A stretch of DNA of 64,000 nucleotides, taken from the NCBI RefSeq assembly GCF_001194135.2, contig NC_068989.1, forward strand, positions 19,260,064-19,324,063, in the 5' to 3' direction. The position numbers were made by a program, and so were the translations under genes. The stretch comes from Octopus bimaculoides. Taxonomy: Eukaryota. The notes beneath the pieces were generated by a model. It made no database searches, was not told the DNA's origin, and worked only from the letters and a program-made list of their open reading frames with translations. Below are positions 1 through 14,175 of this stretch, piece by piece; the stretch's first letter is position 1, and each line of letters starts with the position of its first letter.

Positions 1-229
1 TGTAGTTGGTTACACGACACAAGCGTTCTGTGTCCTTAAGTTTTCAGACGGGGGGTGGGGGGGTTGCACCAGCCAACTAGAAACAGTCCCTTTCCTGGGA
101 CTGCCACATTAAACTGGCAAGAAGCCATCACTTTATCGTACTGTTACTGTATAACTCTCTCTGAGAGATTTAGAAATGTAATATTCACATGTCTTGTGGA
201 AATGAAAGAAATCATTATTACAAATCATT

Positions 230-441
230 GTCATCATCTTTTAACCTCCACTTTCCTTGCTGGCATGGGTTGGACAGTTTGACTGAGGACTGGCAAACCA
301 GGAGGCTGCACCAGGCTCCAATCTGATCTGGCATGGTCTCTACAGCTGGATGCCCTTCCTAACACCAACCATTTTGAGAGTGTAGTGGGTGCTTTTTACG
401 TGCCATCAGATGGGCACCAATGATAGTAGTAGTAGTAGTAT

Positions 442-524
<83 letters not shown>

Positions 525-860
525 GGGCTGGTGTCATGTAAAAACTACTTGTGCTGGTGCCACATAAAAGCAACCATGTAAAAGTACTTCTGCTGGCGAC
601 GTGTAAAATCACCCATATCTGGTGTCATGTAAAAGTGCCTATTCTGGAGCCACATAAAACTACCTGTGCCAGTGCCTTGTAAGAGCACCCATGCTGATGC
701 TGCGTGAAAAGCATCCAGTACTTTCTATGAAGTGACTGGTGTTAGGAAGGGCATCCAGGATACTTGGAGCCTGAGCAGCTCCCCAGCTGACCAGCTTCTG
801 TTTGACCATCAAACCCATACCAGTCTGGAGAGTGGATGTGAAATGACGATGATGGTGATT
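230..860. mobile_element. Two divergent RTE 3'-UTR fragments around a (TAG)n(TAA)n tract
   Basis: 230-410 (minus) and 527-860 (plus) match the 3' UTR at 51456-51689. Other such fragments lie near 2020, 4470, 9040, 16560, 18600, 27155, 29000, 38730 and 62100. Confidence 0.7.
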
Positions 861-2439
861 CAAATTTTGGCACAAAGCCAGCAAGTTTGGGGTGAAGGGG
901 TCAGTCAGTTGCATTAACTTCAGTTCTCAACTGGTATTTATTTTACCCATTCTGAAATGATGAAAAGTAAAGATGACCTAAGTGGGCTTTGAACTCAGGA
1001 TGTAAAAAATGCCAGAGAAAAATAAAAAATACTGCAAGTGAAATTTTTTACAAATTGAAATTTTCAGGAAAATTTTCTTTCTGAAATTCCTTTTATTATT
1101 GAATATTTCAAGTTCACAAATTTAGATATTTGGTACAAGATAGTTTTTAATGAGTTTTTATTTATAAGATTTTTTTCCATTTCATGTTTATTTCATTCAT
1201 TGTTTGTTCTCTCTCCCTCTCTCACACACACACATGCATTGTCTCTCTAATATAAACACACACACACACTCACACACACATACACACACACACACACACA
1301 CACTTCAGCAATAATTACATATTATATTGGATAACTTATAAAAACCTTCTGAAGCTTCAAACTCACTTGACTTTTTTCCATCATTATCTAAGAATTATCA
1401 AGTGAATTTGTTGCTATGGCTATTTAATATAGGTATTAAAATATCTCTATGTGATCGCTGCTATTTTTTTTGCATGCTAAATGTAGCTGGACTAACTTGA
1501 TGTTTCTTTAAAAAAGAGAGATTATGACTGTGATTAAATAATGAAAGCAATATTTACTAAGCAAATGAGCACTAACATACAAAGATATAATTAGACACAA
1601 AATATAAAAATTATTAGAATTGGGAATCAAAATGTGAAAACATTAAGTGGCTAGCAGAAAACCACCCAGAGGGTGGTCTTTCTGCTAGTTTATTTAATGT
1701 AGCTCATCTATGAATCATATTTAATTTATATACACTGTCAATAGGCCATTTACTGCAGTATTTATCCCGAGATAACAGCTATTATGGATTTGGTGTGTGA
1801 AAAATACAATAAATATAGGAGAGAGAGAGAGAGAGAAAAGAAAATTCATTCCACTAGTGACCAGTGAGAGTACTAGGTACATTTTAGCCTTTTTGGGCCT
1901 TCCCAATGGCACGAATGAGAAATGAATGTTTGTCTCTTGACATTGTATGATAGTTGTAAATGAGTGTCACTGTTATTCAAGCAGTGTAATTCATTTCCAA
2001 TATTCTGTGAAAACATACCTGGCCAAGGAAAATTATTACCTTGTTTGGAAGGAGGCAAGGGTTGGTGACAGGAAGAGCATCCAGCCATAGAAAATCTACT
2101 TCATTAAATGGCATCCAATCCGTGCAATGATGGTGATGATGATGATGACATAAGGAATTACAAAGAGATAGAAAGAAATAAAAATCACAAAATAGTTTAA
2201 ATAATCTATCATTTATTAGGCACAAAATGTAACATGAAAAACATCTATGCTTCTCATGTAGACATGGATGAGAAACCACTGGCTAGGCTGAGTTAGAGTA
2301 CCCTGCATCTCTACCCACCTGTGGCTGCTTGTATTGCAGCCTCATGTACTCAAAAGTATTTGTTAATTTTTTTAGCAACTTGGAATAGATCACAACCCAG
2401 GTCATCAGGTTACGTCAGTTGTTTCAGTTTCTTGTACTG

Positions 2440-3060
2440 TTTTTCTATTATTTTACCAGCATCCTGTCCTTTGAGCATCTTCTATATTCTAATCTCAACT
2501 GCATTTTAGTAAACAATACATCCCTACCAAATCTCCTGACACTACGAATGTGTCATCATCCACTTCATTGATGTCTTCATTATTGATCTGAGAAGGTACT
2601 TCGCTGTTTCAAGGAAGATATCCACCCCTTTTTTTCTTGTTATTTTTTCTTGGTGTTCACCTTCCCATTTTCGTTTTTATCATTTTGCTTGCCTCCCAAC
2701 AATTTGGAAACTTTCATCTGCAAATGTCATCTTTCTTTTATTGCAACTTCATGGTGTGGTGTTCCTGGTTGTTACAATTGAGATCTGGGATATGCCTGTC
2801 CACTTGTTTCTTAGACCAAGATCCCTTTTTTCACCATTTCCAAAGCTATAGCTGATGGTGCTCTGGAAACTGAGGCCTAGTATTCTTCTTGTTGCTTTGG
2901 CTGCTCCTTTCCACTTTTCACTTTTTCAGGATAAAATCCCTCAAAGGACTACTGCATGTATAACTAAGCCTTTTATTCTGCATCATCATCCTCATGGGAT
3001 ATAATATAGCCTTGTGGATTTTAGGGGTTATCCAAGACATACAAATCCACCCTAACCCAT
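2440..3060 (-). mobile_element. Possible decayed LINE fragment
   Basis: Purine-rich, coding-like decayed sequence on the minus strand; no clean motif. Confidence 0.25.
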
Positions 3061-3457
3061 TTCAAACACGTGTCATCTCTCAACATCCCTGTGCTAACCA
3101 CCTGCCCATACTATCAGCTCATCACAAAATGGTTAAGTTGGTAGAGTGGGATTTGAGAGAGAATTGGCTGTTATTTCTAGTGAGTCAAGTTTTTGTATAG
3201 AGGTTCACTACTGAGCAAGTTGAGTAACTGTGTAGACATTCAGTTGATGGCTCTCACAAGTGGTGGTGGTGGTAGGAATTGTAACAATGCACTGACAGTG
3301 GTGGTAGTAGTAGTGGTAATAGTGTCTAAGTACTTGGCCTGGGTCATTTATATCTATCAATAAAAATCTAAAAGCTTTATTTGTCTTAGTAAATATTCCA
3401 TAGCCTCCAGGTACCCCAATCCCACCATCTCGTCTAGAAACTTAAAAAATGTATAAC

Positions 3458-3500
<43 letters not shown>

Positions 3501-4993
3501 CAGCTACAGTCATATATCATCATCATCATCATCATCACAATAATAATAATAATAATAATAATAATGGTCATAATAACAATGACAGCACCAGGTTAATAAT
3601 GTCCAACACACATCCATTACAACATCTATCCAAATCATGTCTGCAAGTTAAGGTCATCGTACACACTTACACACACTTGCATTTAAGCACATACATGCAA
3701 GTATGCACATGCTTACATATATGCACACACACACACACTTGTCTTTGTCTATATGGTAGACAATAAATTTACAACCATTAATAACTTGAAAGCTTAGCAA
3801 CTTGTTGTTATTTTACTAAAGGACACTTAATAATGTAAACTGATGTATTTATGAGCAACAAGCTTATGAGACAGATATAGATATGTAACATAAATAACAG
3901 AAGATAAAAAATTAAGTGAATTGCTGTATATGATTCTTCTGCAGTCTCCCTTCCTCCTCAGACTCCAGTTTTCATTACCTGTCTAGGTTAGAATAGTGCC
4001 AGTTTGTTCAGTTACCTCGCATTGAAACCATTAAAGAAGCCCCCCCACCCCACCCTGTCTAGTTGTTCAGTATAACTCCTTAAATTGTCAATAGACTTGA
4101 AAGCTGACTTTGATTACCAAGATAGTGACAGCATTCAGCTGTTGCCATTTGAAAACTCTTGAAATGATTAGAAGCTTCAAAGTGAGTTAAATTTCCCCAA
4201 TATCTGTTTGGTCATAATGAGGTACTACCAAAGATTTTTGTTTCTGTGGCAGGATCCATACCTCTCCAAAGTGACTCTCACTTCCTGTAGAAATCATTTT
4301 TTCTCCAAGTCAGCCTAAAAAACCTCAATATCCTTCAGATTATGCTCAATTTATGGATTTGACCTGTTTCTGTCCTACTGTCCATGCTCTTGCCTCTCAA
4401 CACCTGGCATAAGTCACCACCCTCTCAATCAAGGGTCCTTGTCTTGCAAGCTGCTTGGTGATCACACTATTGCTGCTGACATGAAAAAGCACCCAGTACA
4501 CTCTGTAAAGTGGTTGGCATTAGGAAAAGCATCAAACCATAGAAACCATGCCAAAACTGACATTAGAGCTTGGCACAGTTCTCTGTCCTGTCCAATCCTG
4601 TCAAACCTTCCAGTCCTCACCAGGATGAAATACAGATGCTAAGTGATAATGATTATGATGATATGATTTAGCAAAATATACTTTAGTTGCAGTTTGGAAC
4701 TAACTTATATCTCTCATGTACCTATTTTGAGGTAGAATGACTAGATGCTTGAATATTATACATTGTTTTCACTTCTTATACAGTATTAGTATTGTAAAAT
4801 GTAAACCAGTAACATATCAATTCAGTCACATCTGATTCTTAAGTGTCACCAACCAAATCTTGTACAAATCTGTATCAGTCTTAGAGTATCTTACCATATG
4901 TCACAAAATCTATTCTGTAAACTTCTGGGAGGCATCTAAGGAAGTTCAGTAAGCAAACTGATATAATCTAACTTCACAACTAAACTTTTTTTT

Positions 4994-5375
4994 CTTTTAC
5001 TTGTTTCAGTCATTTAACTGCTGCTGTACTGGGGTACAAACTTGAAGAATTTTTAGTCAAATGAATTACCCCCAGTACTTATTTTTAAAAAATCTGGTAC
5101 TTATTCTATCGGTCACTTTTGCCAAACCACTAAGTTACAGGGTTGTGAACACAACACTGGTTGTCAGTTGGTGATAGGAGATAAACACAGACTGAAAAAC
5201 ACACACACACACACATACAATCGGCTTCTTTCAGTTTCTGTCTACCAAATCCACTCACAAGACTTTGATTAACCAGAGGCTACAGTAGAAAACACTTTCC
5301 CAAGGTGCCAATCAGTGGGACTGAATCCAGAACCATGTGGTTGGTAAGCAAACTTCTTACCACACAACCATGCCC
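4994..5375 (-). mobile_element. SINE family A (tRNA head, internal microsatellite, GTAAAAGA tail)
   Basis: Matches the family consensus seen in many copies in this window. Confidence 0.8.
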
Positions 5376-5772
5376 ACAATCTTTCTTATTAATTCCACCA
5401 ATTTTACCCACGTACTCTTTTCTAAAAGCTGTAGACAATGTCTTGTCTGAAGCACACAAGCATACAAAGGTCAAGTGTTGCTTTTGTTACCATATTTCTG
5501 TTAAAATGCATTGCTTTTGTTTCAATTAATTTTGCAAATGATGAAGGGTTTAGTAAAATGGCTTTGTTATTATTAATCTGGTGTTTAGAACATAAATTAT
5601 CTTGAAGTTTTGATGCAAGTGATTCAGATTACTTTGAGCCATTTGATACCAATCTGGTTGAAACAGTCCCTGGTCCAGTGATACAAACTGACTGTTTTAA
5701 AATGAGCTAAACTAAAGCTTTCCATTAGAATTCTATCATAATTTGTGATCTTCTAAACACGGTTATTTTAAT

Positions 5773-6159
5773 TGTTGTTGGCACTCCGTCGCTTACGACG
5801 TCGAGGGTTCCAGTTGATCCGATCAACGGAACAGCCTGCTCGTGAAATTAATGTGCAAGTGGTTGAGCACTCCACAGACACGTGTACCCTTAACATAGTT
5901 CTTGGGGATATTCAGCGTGACACAGTGTGACAAGGCTGACCCATTGAATCACAGGCACAACAGAAACAGGAAGTAAGAGTGAGAGAAAGTTGTGGTGAAA
6001 GAGTACAGCAGGGTTCGCCACCATCCCCTGCCGGAGCCTAGTGGAGCTTTTAGGTGTTTTCGCTCAATAAACACTCAAAATGCCTGGGCTGGGAATCAAA
6101 ACCATGATCTTATGACTGCGAGACCGCTGCCCTAACCACTGGGCCATTGCGCCTCCACT
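5773..6159 (-). mobile_element. tRNA-derived SINE family B, full length
   Basis: TSD GGTTATTTTAAT (5761-5772 / 6162-6173); near-identical to the 15993 and 36780 copies; (CAA)n tail. Confidence 0.92.
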
Positions 6160-6814
6160 AAGGTTATTTTAATAAATTCTTTATTATTTTCAAAACTAAT
6201 TGAAATAAAAACTATATTTCAAAAGAAATATGACAAACGGGTAAAAACAGGAAAATTGCATCATAGAATCGGGGAAGTCTCTCACACAGGTTGACATCAA
6301 CTAGCTTCTAGTGAAGTTCCAAAAGATGTTAATTCACCTTCCAGAATTCCTTTGCTTTCTGTCTCATTATTAAAACTCTTAGTTTATCTAGCATGACATC
6401 ATTCTATTTGCTAATCTGAAAGACACACCCCAAGGTGGGTGGCAGGACTTATATATGCGTCACTAATACTGCACTAAAACAATAAACCAAATAATACTTC
6501 TTAAGTACTAACAATTATATGCACCACAAATGAACCCAACTGAAGTGTAGAATGGGCCTTACCTAATGCAACCAAATCAGAAAGCATACATTGCTTAATG
6601 TTGAACAGATGAGAAAGGAGTGCTCAGTACATGTAGAGGATATATATTTTTAAAAAAAACTGAACTTAAGAGTTTGTCTTGCAAATGAGCTCATGTCACT
6701 GTGATTGTATGTGTGTCTTTGAAATAATTAGAAGAATTAAAATGACACCCACTTGACATCTAGTGTTGGTTTGTTTATGTTCCCAAAACTAATTAGTTCA
6801 GATAAAAGACCAAT

Positions 6815-7130
6815 GCGAAGGCACATGGCCTAGTGATTAGAGCAGCAGACTCACAGTTGAGGGCTCGTGGGTTTGAACCTCAGACCGAGTGATGCGTGTG
6901 TTTATGAGCAAAACACCTAAGCTCCATGCAGCTCTGGCAGAAGGTAATGGCAAACTTCTGCTGACTCTTTCACCACAACTTTCTCTCACTCTTTCCTCTT
7001 GCCTTGAGCAGCTCACCTGTGACAGACCAGCGTCTTGTCCAGGTGGAGGAACCTATATGCCAATGAAACCAGGAAACTAGCCCTTATGAGCCAGGCATAG
7101 CTCAAGAAGGAACAAACAACAACAAGAACA
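6815..7130 (+). mobile_element. Older SINE related to family B
   Basis: Shares the tRNA head and the AAAACACCTAAGCTCCA segment with family B; different 3' half. Confidence 0.65.
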
Positions 7131-8188
7131 TAAATGACCAATAGAATAAATACCAGACTTAAAGAAAAAAAAAACAGCATAAGTACTAAGGTAAATTGGT
7201 TTTGTTAAAACCCTTCAAGGGAATGCTCAAACATGGCTATAATCTAACGAATGAAAGAAATAAAAAACAAATTGGGAACATTATTGGTTATAACAGAATC
7301 CAAGATGTACAATGTCCATTCCTTAGAAAGGTTAATGAGTTCATTATAGGTGTGAGGGCAAAAAATAACTGGGCATATAATTTGATAGCCAATCAATGTA
7401 AGAAGAGCAAACATATGTGCTAACTGAAGAAATGTTGTGTTGGCAGTGGAGGTTATCTGAAGTGGGGAAAAGAAAATCGAGAGAGATCTTAGAAGAAGCA
7501 GGGTGAGAATAATTATTTCTAAGATAAGATACAAGACCTCAAATTTGGGGCAAGGGGAGGTAAATACGGTTGAATATATCAACCCCAGTGTATGACTGGT
7601 ACTTTAGTTTATTGACTCTGGAAGGATTAAAAGCAAAAAATTAATTTTGTCAAGATTTATATCTTAGATTACTAAATCCCACACACCAGATAATGTTGTG
7701 TTGCAAACATATGCAACCCACACTTTTATAAAAGAACAGATGTTAAAACAATGACGATGATAATGATTTCACCATGTTTTTTTTGGGGGGGGGGGAGCTT
7801 AGTATGTCAAACAATAGTAAAAAATCTCTTTACTACATACTTGATACTTCTTAGATTTAAGTTAACTTAGCAAATTTCCAACTTAGTAGACTGCCTAGCC
7901 CTCTTTCTCCTTGAAAGTTTATTAAATTACTGACTAATTTCGACTCAAGTTACCCAAGAAAGAACCTGTCCATTTTAAAATGTATTTTTATGTCAGTGTG
8001 TATGTGTCTGCATGTGTGTGTGTATATATGTGTGTTGTACATGCCTGTGTGTACGCATACACACGTGCGCGCGCACAGAATGCAACTAACTTTAATGCTT
8101 GCTTACTCTTTTTGTATTCTATTATTTTTTAATCATACCTTTCTCTTTTTGCTGTCTGCAGCAATTAAATAAATGAACGTTGTTGTTG

Positions 8189-8241
<53 letters not shown>

Positions 8242-8744
8242 GTTATTATTATTGCTGCTGTTGTCGCTGCTGCTGCCAAAAGCTTTGGCAGTCTTGACAG
8301 TTATGTATTTCTGTGTTGGGTAAGAAAGAAATTTGATCTCTGATATAGTTAAAAATTAATTGTAATTTATAAATAGTAAAAAGTTTTTTGGAGAGTAACT
8401 GAGAAAAGTTACAGTTTTGCTTGTTGCAATCTTAGAAATGTTCGTAATGCTCATAAATGGAGGAGTTGGATAATTCTTTTATAATTTATTTTTCCATTTC
8501 ATATCTTAGAGAAGCAAAGAGGAAGGAGAAGAAAAGAACACAGAGTTAGTGTATTATTTTTAGATCAGTCATATGGAAAGAGAATGTCTAGACAGTATAA
8601 TTTTCAATGATAGCAAAAGAAAAAAGAAGAAAAAGATTGGATAAGAATTTTTGTCTTGTATTATAATAATAATAATAATAATCATCATCATCATCATCAT
8701 CGTTTAACGTCCGCTTTCCATGCTAGCATGGGTTGGACGATTAA

Positions 8745-8960
8745 TTCTTTCTACTATAGGCACAAGGTCTTGATTTTTGTGGGGAGTGGGACAATCGATC
8801 ACGTCAACCCCAGTACTTGACTGGTACTTACTTTATTGACCTCAAAAGGGGGAAAGACAAAGTTGACTTTGGTGGAATTTGAACTCAGAGCATAAAGACA
8901 GATGAAATGCCACTAAGCATTTTGCCCAGTGTGCTAATGATTCTGCCAGCACTCCAACTT
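8745..8960 (-). mobile_element. SINE family C (tRNA head; central GACTTTGCCTTTCATCC...AAGTACCAG domain, Meta/beta-like)
   Basis: Consensus shared by many copies in this window; flanked by trinucleotide repeats. Confidence 0.8.
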
Positions 8961-9244
8961 TAATGATGATGATGATGATGATAATAATAATAATGACAAT
9001 GACAATGACAATAATAATAATAATAATAATAATATTCATCATCATTTAATGTTTACTTTTCCATGTTTGCATGGATCAGATGGAATTTATCGAGACAGCT
9101 TTTCTACAGCTGGATGCTTATCCTGTCACCAAATCTCATCTGTTTCCAAGCAAAGTAATATTTCTCCATAGCTAGACATGTTTTTCATGGAAACTGGAAA
9201 TGAATATCCCCATTTACAACCATCACATTCTGCTTAGGCAAGGA

Positions 9245-9281
<37 letters not shown>

Positions 9282-9620
9282 ACACACACACACACACACA
9301 CACTTCAATTTCACTCTACTGAATCTACTCACAGCTTACACATCTTTGGTTAGCCTGGAGATATAGTAAAGACACTTGTCCAAGGTGCCATGCGGTGGGA
9401 CTGAACCTGAGGCCACATGGTTGTATCTGTTGCTTGCTAAATGATTGCATTACCAATTACACCACAGAATTCTTGATTCTTCCCACTTTTCAGATTAAAT
9501 TCTATAAATTATTTCTGTTATTCTGTTATACTGACCAAACCTTTTCATTTCAACAAGATAATTCATCACATGGTACCAGAAAAGCATGCTAATTCTACTG
9601 TTGCTCTTTTTATTCTTTCA

Positions 9621-10100
9621 TTCTTTTACTTGACTGTGGCCATGCTGGAGAGTTTTAGTTGAATGACATGTGGCCATGCCTTGAAGAATTTTAGTCAAAT
9701 AAATCGACCCCAGTAGTTATTTTTTCAGGCCTGGTACTTGTTGAATTGGTCTCTTTTGTCAAACCACTAAGTGATGGGGACATAAACACACTAATGCTGA
9801 TTGTCAAGTGGTGGTGGGGTACAAACACAGACACAAAGACATATACACATACATACACACATATGCACACACACACGCACACAAACATGTGCACACACAC
9901 ACACATACACACACATACACGCACACACACACACACACACACACAAGCTTCCTTCACTTTACATCTATCAAATCCACTCACAAGGCTTTGGTCGGTTCAA
10001 GGCTATAGTAGAAGACACTTGCCCAAGGTGCCATGCAGTGGGACTGAACCTGGAACCATGTGGTTGGAAAGCAAACTTATTACCACACAGCTACACTTAC
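9621..10100 (-). mobile_element. SINE family A
   Basis: Full structure with (CA)n centre. Confidence 0.8.
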
Positions 10101-10320
10101 ATCTTGCTTCTTCCTTCTTTTCAAGTTAGATTCTATAAATTATTTCTGTCATTCTGTTATGCTAACCAAACCATTTCATTTCAACAAGGTAAATTCATCA
10201 TATGGTACCAGAAAAACATGTTAATTTTACTGTTGATCTTTTTGGTGCTAATTATGCCTAACCATATCATTTACAATTGCTGTTCATTTATACTTATGTG
10301 ATTGTATACTTCTTATTCAG

Positions 10321-10411
10321 GAAGATCCAGAATCTACTGGAAAGGATTCAGCCAGAAATGTCACATCTGAAAGGGTTCCATTTTCTTCAAAATGTGAGGC
10401 AGAAACTGTTG
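10321..10411 (+). CDS. TRIT1: Internal exon, probably TRIT1 (start of lineage-specific insertion): EDPESTGKDSARNVTSERVPFSSKCEAETV
   Basis: Acceptor cttcttattcag| at 10320, donor |GTAAGT at 10412. Open phase 0->1; the trailing G joins AT at 15263 to give Asp in frame with the next exon. No recognisable homology of its own, so assigned by phase and position. Confidence 0.6.
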
Positions 10412-10478
10412 GTAAGTCTTCACCGAAATAATGGATTCTTTTGACAAGTTACACAAAATGAAAACGTTGATTATTTAA

Positions 10479-10583
10479 CCCTGTAGCATTTAAACGGGCC
10501 AGCTCCAGCCTCTTGCATGTGCCCTGCAATGTCATTGTATAAATGAGCCTTACATTTGACAGTGTAATCTGAATGCTAAAGGG
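10479..10583. mobile_element. piggyBac-like MITE (short copy)
   Basis: TTAA|CCCTGTAGCATT ... AATGCTAAAGGG|TCAA; same family as the 50377 and 57432 copies. Confidence 0.65.
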
Positions 10584-10852
10584 TCAAGAATTGGATTAAA
10601 TACTGATAAATTTGTGAATTTTATGTCCATTTTCACAGCTAGATGCTTTTCCTGTCTCTAGTTCTTACTTTTTTGTTTTGTCTTCAAAAATGCAGATCTA
10701 ACAGGTACTTACTTAACAGGGAATGTGAACACAACATGATTGTTAAGGGCATCTGGCAGTAGAAAATCTGCTTTTATAAACCTTTTGCAACTCACGCAAG
10801 CATAGAAAAGTGGGCATTAATATAATGATGTTGATAAGGCTAATGATATATC

Positions 10853-11165
10853 TGAAGGTGCATAGTGGTTAGAATATTGGGTTTACAATTTTGAGGTTAT
10901 TAGTTCAATTCCTGGACTGGGCTGTGTGTTGTGTTCTTGTGCAAAGCACCTTGTTTCACATTGCTCCAGTTCTCTCAACTGTAGGAATGAGTTGTGATGT
11001 CATTGGTGCTAAGCTGTAGTAGCTTTTGCCTTTCCCTTGGATAACATTGGTGGCACAGAGAGGGAAGATTGATATGCATGGATGACTGCTAGTCTTCCAC
11101 ACAAACCACCTTGCAAAGACTTGTGCTTCAGAGGAGAACTTTGCTAGTGCAATCCCATGGTCAAA
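10853..11165 (+). mobile_element. tRNA-derived SINE family D
   Basis: Homologous to 25313-25660; degenerate A and B boxes. Confidence 0.7.
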
Positions 11166-11559
11166 TCTGCTGGAAGCACTTTCTAAGGTTCCTGGACTGA
11201 ATGTTTTGTCCTATATTACTTTAGTTCATCTGGTAATGTTACTTGTACTATAATAGACTTATATCTCCTCCATAGATAAATTTATCTCTTATCCACATTA
11301 TGTCTGTGAAAGCAGAGATACTCAAGGGCTTGTTTTGGCTTAGGAGACAGTTTACAGCCTAATTAGGCATAGTACTAGTTTTGGGAAGCTAACTATATAG
11401 ATCTCCCACAACATAGATCTTACGTAGATGTATGTTAACAATACACACAAGTTCTAGCTTATGGCAGAAAGCTATAAAACTTTTGTAGGATAGAGGTTTT
11501 GTCAAGTAACAGATAAAGATTGGCAAGACTTGAAATCAGAATATAAAGAATGTAAGTTA

Positions 11560-12300
11560 ACACTACAAGGCATTCTACCATTGCTGCCATCTCATTGCCC
11601 TAGTAATACACCTGATTTGTTTCTTTCAGAAGCATAAAGGTGTTTCTAGTTTCTTTATCACATAGAATGGATCAATACTGCTGGAGTTTTGTGATGCAAA
11701 TGACTTGATGAATGATCTGCAACACTAACTTCAGGAAACCAACCATCCACCTGATCACGTATCAGTCTGTTGGGCACATAAGCTGGATTGACTACATTAT
11801 CACCAGAAAGAGGGATAATTAGATTTTGTGAATATGAAGAACTTCTCTGGTGGAGAATGTACAATTCAACATAGGTTAGTAGTCAATGACTTCAGATGTA
11901 GAGATAGAAGAACTCAGAGATAGACAGCAGTCTTGAAAAGACAGATATGGGAACTTAAGTATCCTTTGAGTAGTAAGAGATTTAGAGATGTTCAAATTGA
12001 GGCATTGACATGAAGGAGAAGGAGAGATAGAGATGTATAGCGTAGAGGACAACTGAAAGTTCTTATGGAACAACTTACTGAGGGCAACAGACCAAATCTG
12101 TGGATGGAACAAAATCCCATCCTGATGTAGTGATGGAATTGTGAGGTAGATAGAGCTATAAAAGCTAAAAGATAGACCTGGAAAGACTGGGAAAGTAGGT
12201 ATCAGAGAATGATATCATATAGCAGGAAGAAAAACTAGGCAACTGGTTTACATAGCAAAGTGAGAAGCAGAAAGTAGATTTGTCAGTGTCCTACAGCATG
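11560..12300 (-). mobile_element. Decayed Penelope-like RT/thumb fragment
   Basis: Degenerate LNLNIS..LTT and SYSQ.L..L segments resembling the PLE FLDI.I....LSTS...IPYSQFLRLRR region; multiple frameshifts. Confidence 0.5.
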
Positions 12301-12629
12301 AAGATCAGCAGGTACTGCAAACTGTAACTTATTTGTTTCCATTCCTGGTCTAAATTCACTATATAATTAGCATATTTCTTAATTCATTCCTGATATAATT
12401 CTTTTTTGGGTGACTCATTAACCTTATTGTTCTAACTTTGTGTAATCTTGAGCTCCTGGCTTCTTTGCCAATGAAACAAAAACATATTCTTTCATCTCAC
12501 TGGCTATGTGTCCGTTCTCATTATATAAGTCTCCTAAGTTGTGATTGTCTAATGTTTTTTAAATGCTTCTGCTGGTATTTCATCTTCTCCACTTGTCTTT
12601 CCATCTTTGATTGACTTTATTATATTACC

Positions 12630-12661
<32 letters not shown>

Positions 12662-12665
<4 letters not shown>

Positions 12666-13062
12666 AGTAGCTTGCTTACCAACCACATGGTTCCGGGTTC
12701 ATTCCTACTGCGTGGCACCTTGGGCAAGTGTCTTCTACTATAGCCTCAGGCCGACCGAAGCCTTGTGAGTGGATTTGGTAGACGGAAACTGAAAGAAGCC
12801 CGTCGTATATATGTATATATATATATATGTGTATGTGTGTGTATATGTCCGTGTGTCTGTGTCCCCCCAACATCGCTTGACAACCAATGGTGGTGTGTTT
12901 AGGTCCCCGTACCTTAGCGGTTCGGCAAAAGAGAACGATAGAATAAGTACTAGGCATCCAAAGAATAAGTCCTGGGGTTGATTTGCTCGACTAAAGGCAG
13001 TGCTCCAGCATGGCCGCAGTCAAATGACTGAAACAAGTAAAAGAGTAAAAGAGAGTAAAGAG
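12662..13062 (+). mobile_element. SINE family A
   Basis: Box B GGTTCATTCC, CCTTGGGCAAGT segment, (TA/TG)n centre, GTAAAAGA tail. Confidence 0.88.
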
Positions 13063-13069
13063 TATTATT

Positions 13070-13475
13070 ATTAAGGTAGTGTGAGCTGGTAGAATCGTTT
13101 GCACCCTGGATGAAATGCTTAGTGACATTTCATCCATCTTTACGTTGAGTTAAATTCTGCCAAGGTCGACTTTGCCTTTCATCCTTTTGGGGTCAATAAA
13201 CTAAGTACCAGTGAAACACTGGGGTCGTTGTAATGGCTGCCCTTGTGCTTATAGTAGAAAGTATTATTATGATTATTTTTATTATTAAGGCGGTGAGCAG
13301 GCAAAATGCTTAGCAGTATTTTGCCTGTGATTACATTCTGAGTTCAAATTCCGCTGAGGTAAACTTTGCCTTTCATCCTTTCAGGGTCGATAAAATAAGT
13401 ACCAGTTGAACACTGGGGTTGATGTAATCAACTCATCCTCTCCCCCAAAATTGCTGCCCATGTGGAAAAATTTGG
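13070..13475 (+). mobile_element. Two tandem SINE C copies separated by (ATT)n
   Basis: 13075-13260 and 13287-13470. Confidence 0.8.
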
Positions 13476-13729
13476 AACTATTATTATTATTATTGTTCAG
13501 TAGTTTTATTTTTATAGCGTGCTTTCACTTCACTACCGAGCGCAGCTCTGTGTGCCTTGCGTATGTACTGTGGTTTGCTGTGATGCTCTTATGGTTACTG
13601 TATTGAAAGTGTTTTGCGTAGGATGTGTGCAGTGCCCAGTAGTGCAATTTTCTGTATGTTATATATATTTGTAAGTCCTGGTGTTTTTGTTATGCATTTG
13701 TCTGAATATTTTTTTATCATACCTAATTA

Positions 13730-13936
13730 TATTACTTGTTCCAGTCATTTGACTGTGGCCATGCTGGAGCACTGCCTTTAGTCAAGCAAATCGCCCCCAG
13801 GAGTTATTCTTTGTAAGCCTAATACTTACTCTATCGGTCTCTTTTGCCAAAGCGCTAAGTTACGGGGACGTAAGCACACCAGCATTTGTTGTCAAGCGAT
13901 GTTGTGAGGACAAACATAGACACACAAACATATACA

Positions 13937-14010
<74 letters not shown>

Positions 14011-14175
14011 CGATGGGCTTCTTTCAGTTTCCGTCTACCAAATCCACTCACAAGGCTTTGGTTGGCCTGAGGCTATAGTAGAAGACACTTGCCCAAGGTG
14101 CCACGCAGTGGGACTGAACCCAGAACCATGTGGTTGGTAAGCAAGCTACTTACCACACAGCCACTCCTACGCCTA
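13730..14175 (-). mobile_element. SINE family A
   Basis: Full length with (CA)n centre. Confidence 0.88.

Noticed and set aside
7196-7582. ORFs as a candidate upstream TRIT1 exon (VGGT motif)
   Set aside because: No GGTxYY or LLW motif in any frame examined; probably decayed repeat.
12676-14140. Recurrent ORF peptide YQIHSQGFGRPEAIVEDTCPRCHAVG as a gene family
   Set aside because: It is the antisense translation of SINE family A.
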